Shown here: piece after piece, positions 7,675-12,292 of the stretch
Layout: each line of letters starts with the position of its first letter
Numbering within the stretch: the first letter of the stretch is position 1
From: a plasmid
Reading direction: 5' to 3' (one strand)
DNA length: 12,292 bases
Sequence record: NZ_CP118941.1
Position numbers and translations under genes: made by a program
The notes under the pieces: generated by a model
Database searches by the model: none
The model's input: the letters and a program-made list of their open reading frames with translations, nothing else
What the model was told of the DNA's origin: nothing

Positions 7675-7741
7675 CCCAGAAAAGACAAACCCCGAACCTC
7701 TGCTTAATCAACTTGGCGGGAGATTACAGAGAGTTCGGGGC
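7675..7741 (-). terminator. Rho-independent terminator on the minus strand (candidate 3' end of a rep antisense RNA)
   Basis: Stem 7690-7702 / 7727-7740 (CCCCGAACCTCTG / CAGAGAGTTCGGGG, one bulge) with a 24-nt loop. On the minus strand it is followed by UUUGUCUUUUCU. It lies ~80 nt upstream of the rep start, on the opposite strand. Confidence 0.45.
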
Positions 7742-7775
7742 TGTATGGATAAATACCACAGGAAAAGAATACCAC

Positions 7776-7829
7776 ATGGATCACACCAAACAACCCTGCA
7801 CCGCCAATAAGCGCGGTGTTCGATGGTAA
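7776..7829 (+). CDS. Candidate 17-aa leader peptide (MDHTKQPCTANKRGVRW) translationally coupled to rep
   Basis: ATG at 7776 with AGGAAAAG Shine-Dalgarno 8-9 nt upstream. Its stop TAA (7827-7829) overlaps the rep ATG (7823) in the arrangement cgATGGTAA. The rep ATG itself has no good Shine-Dalgarno. Confidence 0.25.
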   Translation: MDHTKQPCTANKRGVRW

Positions 7830-8836
7830 AACCAGCGCTTCAAGCCGCTGTCTTTGTCGATCGTATCCCTCGTCGCCCCTACTGTTCCGATGATCCGGCG
7901 CAGGGGCTGCTTATCCGCCCGCAAGCGACCGCGTTGGCATATCGCCATATCCAGCACAACCCGCCGCCCCATGTCTCCTGTCTGGTGTTTGACGTGGACA
8001 GGAAACCGCATGAGCAACATTGGCGGGAGGGGTATCACGAATGGCGAGAGCGTGGCTTGCCTGCTCCGCACTGGATCTCGATCAACCCCGAGAACGGCAA
8101 TTACCACCTTGGCTACCTGTTGGCCTCGCCTGTGGCGCGTACCAGTGCCGCAAAGTTAAAACCACTTCGCTATTTAGCGGCCATAGAACACGTTCTAGCG
8201 CGTCGGTTGGGTGCAGACATGGGGTACGTTGGCTTGATAACCAAAAACCCCGTACACAGCGATTGGTGGACGATATGGCATAACCATGTGCCCTATCCCC
8301 TCGACTATCTCGCGGAGTTCTGCCCAGATGCTGATTTAGCGGCCTACAACCGCCGTAGCGGTAAAGAGGCGAGCGGGCTGGGGCGTAACGTCACAGTGTT
8401 CGATAACGTGCGGGAATGGGGCTACTGCGCGGTGCGGGAGTATTGGCGGCCCAATGGCTATGAAGCATGGGCTGAGGCTGTCCGTGCCGCTTGTGAGAGC
8501 GCTAATGCGTTTGGACGCGAGCAAGGTGGCCCGTTGCCCCATAGTGAGATCAAGGCCACTGCCAAGAGCATCGCCCGTTGGATCTGGCGGCACCTTACCC
8601 CGACCTCGTTTGCGGATTACGTTGATCGGACACATACCACCGAGATCCAAGCGCGGAGAGGGGCTAAGGGCGGCAAGGTATCCAAGGGCGGGGGGAGACC
8701 GAGCAAGGCCGCTGATCTTCTGCCTGCGGTGTTAGAACTCAAGGCGCAGGGCTACAGTAACCGCGACATTGCCGAGGATTTAGGGATCGGTTCGGCAAGT
8801 GTTAGCCGCTATCTCTCCAAAATTTCGCCAGAGTGA
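7823..8836 (+). CDS. rep: Plasmid replication initiator of the primase type (ColE2-like Replicase / AEP primase + PriCT + C-terminal HTH), 337 aa
   Basis: CLVFDVD matches the AEP primase DxD motif. INPENGNYHLGY is an sxH-like motif. WGYCAVREYW region. C-terminal LKAQGYSNRDIAEDLGIGSASVSRYL is a helix-turn-helix. The start is uncertain because ATG 7823 lacks a Shine-Dalgarno. Confidence 0.7.
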   Translation: MVKPALQAAVFVDRIPRRPYCSDDPAQGLLIRPQATALAYRHIQHNPPPHVSCLVFDVDRKPHEQHWREGYHEWRERGLPAPHWISINPENGNYHLGYLLASPVARTSAAKLKPLRYLAAIEHVLARRLGADMGYVGLITKNPVHSDWWTIWHNHVPYPLDYLAEFCPDADLAAYNRRSGKEASGLGRNVTVFDNVREWGYCAVREYWRPNGYEAWAEAVRAACESANAFGREQGGPLPHSEIKATAKSIARWIWRHLTPTSFADYVDRTHTTEIQARRGAKGGKVSKGGGRPSKAADLLPAVLELKAQGYSNRDIAEDLGIGSASVSRYLSKISPE

Positions 8837-8863
8837 TCCAAAACAAGCCTATATCAGATAACA

Positions 8864-8886
8864 GCGCCCGCAGGGCGTTCGTTTCT
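8864..8886 (+). terminator. Rho-independent terminator after rep
   Basis: Stem CGCCC-GCA-GGGCG (8865-8877) followed by TTCGTTTCT. It is nested in a longer palindrome, ATATCAGA...TCTGATAT (8851-8891). Confidence 0.5.
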
Positions 8887-9028
8887 GATATGGCTTGTCA
8901 TTAGAAAGAGGATCTTGGCGAGGTGGGCAAGCGCCCGAACCGGAGGCCGTCCATCAGGCCGTGGGTTTGGCCTGTGGACGGGGGCGTTGTCCACGGAGCG
9001 TGGGTGGGGTTGGTTTTTGTCCTGGTTC

Positions 9029-9271
9029 TCAACGACTGGACAGATCGATCTCGATACGCCGAAAGCCAATGCCATTGGCGGTGTTGGCGGCGGCATCGAT
9101 GCTCTTGAACACCCGCCAGCCCCCGCGTTGTCGTTCCAGGACAATGGTCTCGCTCTGTTTGCCGAACTTCACCAGATGCAGATGGTAGCCAGCCCCCATC
9201 GGGGTGGGGGCAATCAGGGCCTTGGCAAACCCACCTTGGTCAAACGTCCACTTCGCTTGCAGTTCTTCCAT
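9029..9271 (-). CDS. Hypothetical protein, 80 aa (MEELQAKWTFDQGG...GYHLHLVKFG...RGGWRVFKSIDAA)
   Basis: Balanced, protein-like composition unlike the neighbouring GC-skewed shadow ORFs. AAGG about 12 nt upstream. A perfect palindrome lies in its upstream region. No family recognised. Confidence 0.35.
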   Translation of the reverse strand: MEELQAKWTFDQGGFAKALIAPTPMGAGYHLHLVKFGKQSETIVLERQRGGWRVFKSIDAAANTANGIGFRRIEIDLSSR

Positions 9272-9284
9272 ATCAAAACGCGCC

Positions 9285-9298
9285 TTTGATTAATCAAA
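9285..9298. promoter_or_regulatory. Perfect 14-bp palindrome TTTGATTAATCAAA in an AT-rich intergenic region (operator-like)
   Basis: Seen directly in the sequence. It lies between the stop of ORF 9330..9614 and the start of ORF 9029..9271, in a locally AT-rich stretch with promoter-like hexamers on the minus strand. Confidence 0.35.
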
Positions 9299-9329
9299 TT
9301 TACAAAATGATTCTAGCACAGCGCCGTCT

Positions 9330-9614
9330 TTATACCAGCGGTGGCTTCGGCGGTTCACCTGGCCGTTCCAGTAGCGCCCAAAGGAGGCAGAGTGCGTACC
9401 AATGATCCTGTCGTGTCCGATCTGCCAGCTGTGACTGGCGAGCCCAATAACGGTGGATGTGTGCCCGCCCTATCTGGGGCGGTTGGCGCACCCCCGGCTC
9501 GTATTGACGAATGTCGAGCAGGATGGCGATCAGCCGTTTGACCATGGCGCGGCGGCTGGTTTTGCCGCCGTGTCGCAGGTAGGTATCGACCCGTTCCCTT
9601 ACCCATTGCTCCAT
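9330..9614 (-). CDS. Integrase N-terminal SAM-like (core-binding) domain-only protein, 94 aa; possible remnant of a second tyrosine recombinase
   Basis: IGRAHIHRYWARQSQLADRTRQDHWYALCLLWALLERPG fits the core-binding domain pattern of tyrosine recombinases (I..HI..Y...S..T...YAL..LL..L). Perfect AAGGAGG Shine-Dalgarno 6 nt upstream of the ATG. The start is 10 nt after the stop of the upstream integrase gene. Confidence 0.4.
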   Translation of the reverse strand: MEQWVRERVDTYLRHGGKTSRRAMVKRLIAILLDIRQYEPGVRQPPQIGRAHIHRYWARQSQLADRTRQDHWYALCLLWALLERPGEPPKPPLV

Positions 9615-9623
9615 GTGTCCTCC

Positions 9624-10592
9624 TTATCCCAGGTACGCGTTGGTCACGTCGATCCGCCCGTGCCCCAGTTCGGCGGCCACCTGCTCACGGGCCTGCAAAT
9701 CCAGCTCCCGCGCCGCCGCGACCTCGATCCCCAACTGGGCGGCTAAAAACCGATGATGGTCGGCACCGTGACCGATCCCGGCCGCGACGGGCGCGGGGGC
9801 ACCCACCAGGGTTTCGTACCGTCCCTGGGCGTAGGCGTGTCGTTCGCCGTGCGACCGGATGCCCGCGCTGCGCAGCTCGCTATAGGCAGCCGTCCTAAAG
9901 TCCTTGTAGGACATTGAGGGCGGGATCAACGAGCGGCCCTCCTGTTGGGCGGCGGCCTGGGCCAGTGCGTGGTGCTGGGCGGGTGATTGGCAGGGAACCT
10001 GCCGCACGAGCCCGCCCTTGGTGCCGTCCTCGATGCGGATCTGGCCGTGCCGTTCGGCCTGGGCAAGCGCCCGTTGGGCGTCGAGTTTGGCCGCCTCCTC
10101 GAACCGCAATCCCAACGAACGTTGGAGGCTCAGCAGGGCTCCCACCCGCTCGGAGACGGCGGCCACGGCGGTGTCGTGCTGGGACACCGGCACGGCATGA
10201 TCGGTGGTAGCGATCCCGCTACGGGTCGGCAGCCCCGCCTCGCGCACGGGGTCGAGCCGCACGGCCCGGTCGCCTCGGGCTATCTCCATGACCCGGTTAA
10301 CGGCGGAGAGCGCATTTTGGGCGGTGGCGGGGCTGATCTCCCCCTGCTCCAGCCGCGCGATCAGGTGGGCGGCATAACCGCGCAGGGTGGCCGTCTCGAT
10401 GTGCCGCATGTCCCTGATCCCCGCCTCCTCACGCGCCCAACTGGCGAACTGGCCCCAGCGATCGGCCATCGTGGCGATCGAACTGTGGCTCTGCATTCCC
10501 TCGCGCAGGGCGCTGCGCCCGGCATAGCCCATATCCCGGCTGCCGAGGCCAAAATTTCGTGAATCGGGGTTTGCCCGATCACATCTCGCCAT
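9624..10592 (-). CDS. int: Tyrosine recombinase / phage-type integrase (322 aa from Met at 10592)
   Basis: Ordered catalytic motifs are present: box I Arg in LGLRFEE, Lys in IEDGTKGGLVRQVP, box II HGERHAY, and the Tyr motif LGHGRIDVTNAYL. GGAG Shine-Dalgarno ~8 nt upstream of ATG 10592. The listed ORF extends to 10781 but that part lacks a ribosome-binding site. Confidence 0.75.
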   Translation of the reverse strand: MARCDRANPDSRNFGLGSRDMGYAGRSALREGMQSHSSIATMADRWGQFASWAREEAGIRDMRHIETATLRGYAAHLIARLEQGEISPATAQNALSAVNRVMEIARGDRAVRLDPVREAGLPTRSGIATTDHAVPVSQHDTAVAAVSERVGALLSLQRSLGLRFEEAAKLDAQRALAQAERHGQIRIEDGTKGGLVRQVPCQSPAQHHALAQAAAQQEGRSLIPPSMSYKDFRTAAYSELRSAGIRSHGERHAYAQGRYETLVGAPAPVAAGIGHGADHHRFLAAQLGIEVAAARELDLQAREQVAAELGHGRIDVTNAYLG

Positions 10593-10903
10593 ATCAAATC
10601 TCCATATTGATTGATTGAAATTACGTTTTGATGCCCCATCCCCTGTTCCTGGTGGTGAGTGTTTTGCACCTGTTTTCGACTGTGCGTGTCGTGGGGGGCT
10701 TTTTTTTCTACATCTCCTTACGCGGTGAGCGTGATTGTTCCGCAGAGCGGAGGGGGCTGCTATGGCAGGGGGCTCCTGCAAGCAGGGCGCGGGTCGAGAT
10801 CGACTGCGCCGAGCGTCCGGCTGGCCTGTTTTCGTGCGTTTTCGTGCCAGTGAGATCTGGCGGCATGGCCCGAGGGCTAAGGGATAGCGCTGGGTTGGCG
10901 CTG

Positions 10904-10928
10904 GCCGTCTCTGTCAAACAGAGACGGC
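10904..10928. repeat. Strong hairpin: 10-11 bp perfect inverted repeat CCGTCTCTGT-caa-ACAGAGACGG
   Basis: Seen directly. Neither strand has a U-tract after it, so it is not a classical terminator. It sits in the ~460-bp non-coding region upstream of int. Confidence 0.5.
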
Positions 10929-10929
10929 A

Positions 10930-10940
10930 GGGGGGGGGGG
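10930..10940. repeat. Homopolymeric G tract (11 G)
   Basis: Seen directly, 2 nt after the hairpin. Tracts of this length are prone to slipped-strand mispairing and also to sequencing error. Confidence 0.6.
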
Positions 10941-11056
10941 CTGGGTATCATCGCATCGCATCTCATCGGCTACCCGGTGGGAGGCAGTGGCCGCAAGGCT
11001 CCGCCGGAGGCTTATTCGTGCGTGGCGTGATCCTTAGAGCAAGGAATACCTGAAAA

Positions 11057-11188
11057 GGTGTTGGTCTATAAAGTAAGAAATGCCTACAAGGTGCTAGTCT
11101 ATAAAGTAAGAAATGCCTACAAGGTGCTAGTCTATAAAGTAAGAAATGCCTGCAAGGTGCTAGTCTATAAAGTAAGAAATGCCTGCAA
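11057..11188. repeat. Four tandem 33-bp direct repeats (iteron-like), then a degenerate partial fifth
   Basis: Units start at 11057, 11090, 11123 and 11156, with consensus GGTGCTAGTCTATAAAGTAAGAAATGCCTRCAA. Units 1-2 have CCTACAA and units 3-4 have CCTGCAA. Unit 1 begins GGTGTTGG. There are no spacers, so this is not a CRISPR array. Confidence 0.85.
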
Positions 11189-11530
11189 GGGTTACTGAGT
11201 CGTTAAACGCATAAATGCGCAGATGCGTGTTGCAGTCGCATAACACTGTGTTGCAAGGTCTCCATCTTTAGATTTCGACCGTCCACATCCACCCGTGAGT
11301 TTCAGTGCGCCCGAGATTATCCAGTTGAGCTCGACTGGCGAGAAATATTCAGTTATTGCATTTTGTGCAATAAAAGAAGGGATTTCTCAGTTGGGGAAAT
11401 CAGAAAAATCAATTGGAATAGGAATCCGCTTTGCGTGGCAGCCACTCGGTACTGGCTGTGTTTGGGGAAATTCAGGCATGACAAATCGCCCCAGGGACCA
11501 CATGTCCCTTGAGGACGTCATGGTCGTGAG

Positions 11531-11653
11531 GTGATTCGACAGCGCAAAGCGAATTACACACTCGAAAGTGATTTAGGCCGGGCTGTTAGGCTCGGCGAGC
11601 TAGTGATTAGGCCCCACAGGGATAAATCACCTTAAATCTGCATCCCTATCCTG
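11531..11653. promoter_or_regulatory. Cluster of GTGATT(T)AGGCC-type repeats (3 direct, 1 inverted) followed by TATCCTG; oriT-like or protein-binding array
   Basis: GTGATT occurs at 11531, 11568 and 11603, a ~36-bp period, with GGGATAAATCACC inverted at 11619-11631. TATCCTG lies at 11647-11653 and resembles the MOBP nic core ATCCTG (recalled). There is no relaxase gene in the window. Confidence 0.25.
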
Positions 11654-11903
11654 TCAAGCCTCAGCCCGTGCGGCCTCCTGCTCGTCTGGCGTCCCTGTGG
11701 CGTAGATCTGGGCCACTCACCGCCCAGTTTGGCCGAAACCGGATAGGCCAGAGATCGCGGTCAAAACCTCTCCCAAACCGTCGCAAACTTTCAGCCGCCA
11801 AACCGCCTCGGCAGCCCTGCCTGAGCACTCTAAATGGCCCCTCTGCTGCCAGAACGGGGCGAACGGCCCGTTTTCCCTGGTAAAAAGGCCAATTAAACAT
11901 AAT

Positions 11904-11953
11904 GGGCGTTATGCGCACCCCCAAACCGGGGGCCGTTCACCAGTTTGGGGGCT
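11904..11953. repeat. Right copy of the imperfect direct repeat (candidate att site)
   Basis: GGGCGTTATGCGCACCCCCAAACCGGGGGCCGTTCACCAGTTTGGGGGCT. It shares the 14-bp perfect core CCAGTTTGGGGGCT with the left copy. It is embedded in the dyad GTTCACC-N12-GGCGAAC. Confidence 0.6.
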
Positions 11954-12205
11954 GGCGAACTTGAGCAAGGCGCTGGCCGAGTAGAGGAGCAGGCGAAAGA
12001 GGTCACGCAGGGGCGGAAGCACGAGTTGGAGCGTGAGCTGGGATTGTCGTTATGTTTTTTGTGTCACACAACCAGATGGCTAACGGTGTGGTTTTTCGCA
12101 AATTGCGATATTATTAACTTTAAAATCAGCTAGTCTCAGCTTTAATTTTTATAAATTTTAGTGTTTATTTTTCTTTAAAAAAGTTAATTATTTTTGAGGT
12201 ATTAG

Positions 12206-12292
12206 ATGTTTAAAGGTATAAGACTTGCTTTGTTGGCTTTAATCCTCTCCATAAACCATGCAAATGCCAGTATTCCTCTTCCATCCGGGGAG
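12206..12292 (+). CDS. N-terminus of a secreted protein (partial, runs off the window): MFKGIRLALLALILSINHANA...
   Basis: ATG at 12206 with GAGG Shine-Dalgarno 7 nt upstream. Signal-peptide-like n-h-c region with ANA. AT-rich backbone composition. Confidence 0.45.
   Translation, partial: MFKGIRLALLALILSINHANASIPLPSGE

Noticed and set aside
9987-10562. 191-aa plus-strand ORF inside the integrase locus
   Set aside because: It is antisense to the integrase and lacks start context. It is a high-GC artefact.
10628-11053. 141-aa plus-strand ORF upstream of int
   Set aside because: It contains the G11 tract and the poly-T run. Its composition is Gly/Arg-rich junk and it has no ribosome-binding site. 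The region is better explained as a structured non-coding control region.
11057-11188. Tandem repeats as a CRISPR array or type III toxin-antitoxin antitoxin RNA
   Set aside because: There are no unique spacers between the repeats, so it is not a CRISPR array. No ToxN/AbiQ-like endoribonuclease gene follows on either strand, and there is no terminator directly after the repeats.
11295-11534. 79-aa ORF (GTG start) after the iterons
   Set aside because: It has a non-ATG start without a Shine-Dalgarno. It runs through palindromes and an AT-rich origin-like stretch. It is probably non-coding.
11941-12133. 62-aa ORF after the right repeat (ELEQ...ELERELGL)
   Set aside because: It has a non-ATG start and an in-frame stop in the alternative reading. 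It could be the remnant of a disrupted gene's 3' end, but the sequence alone does not support a call.

Overview
The window is a compositional mosaic of three parts.

1. **AT-rich backbone** (1-223, 4225-~5990, ~12060-12292). It carries small hypothetical genes:
- a two-gene operon that appears split by a transposon;
- a 46-aa hyper-acidic protein;
- a 135-aa secreted protein;
- a partial secreted-protein gene at the 3' edge of the window.

2. **GC-rich composite-transposon-like block** (224-4224).
- Two 100% identical, directly oriented IS30-family insertion sequences (1092 bp each, transposase of 315 aa) bracket a classical Gram-negative porin gene and a class I SAM-dependent methyltransferase gene.
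- The methyltransferase 5' end is replaced by sequence from the second IS copy.

3. **GC-rich ~6 kb plasmid-like / integrative module** (~6000-12060). It contains:
- a relBE (stbDE-type) toxin-antitoxin pair with an operator, followed by an orphan CcdA/ParD-like antitoxin gene;
- a ColE2-like primase-type Rep gene with a candidate leader peptide and an antisense-RNA terminator upstream;
- a tyrosine recombinase, followed by a tightly coupled ORF encoding only an integrase N-terminal domain;
- four tandem 33-bp iteron-like repeats, an 11-G homopolymer next to a strong hairpin, and an oriT-like repeat cluster.

The module is bracketed by imperfect 50-60 bp direct repeats that share a 14-bp perfect core and a CCCCC-N5-GGGGG hairpin; these could be attL/attR.

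No CRISPR, rRNA or tRNA was found. All protein assignments rest on motif recognition by eye and need a database search to confirm.
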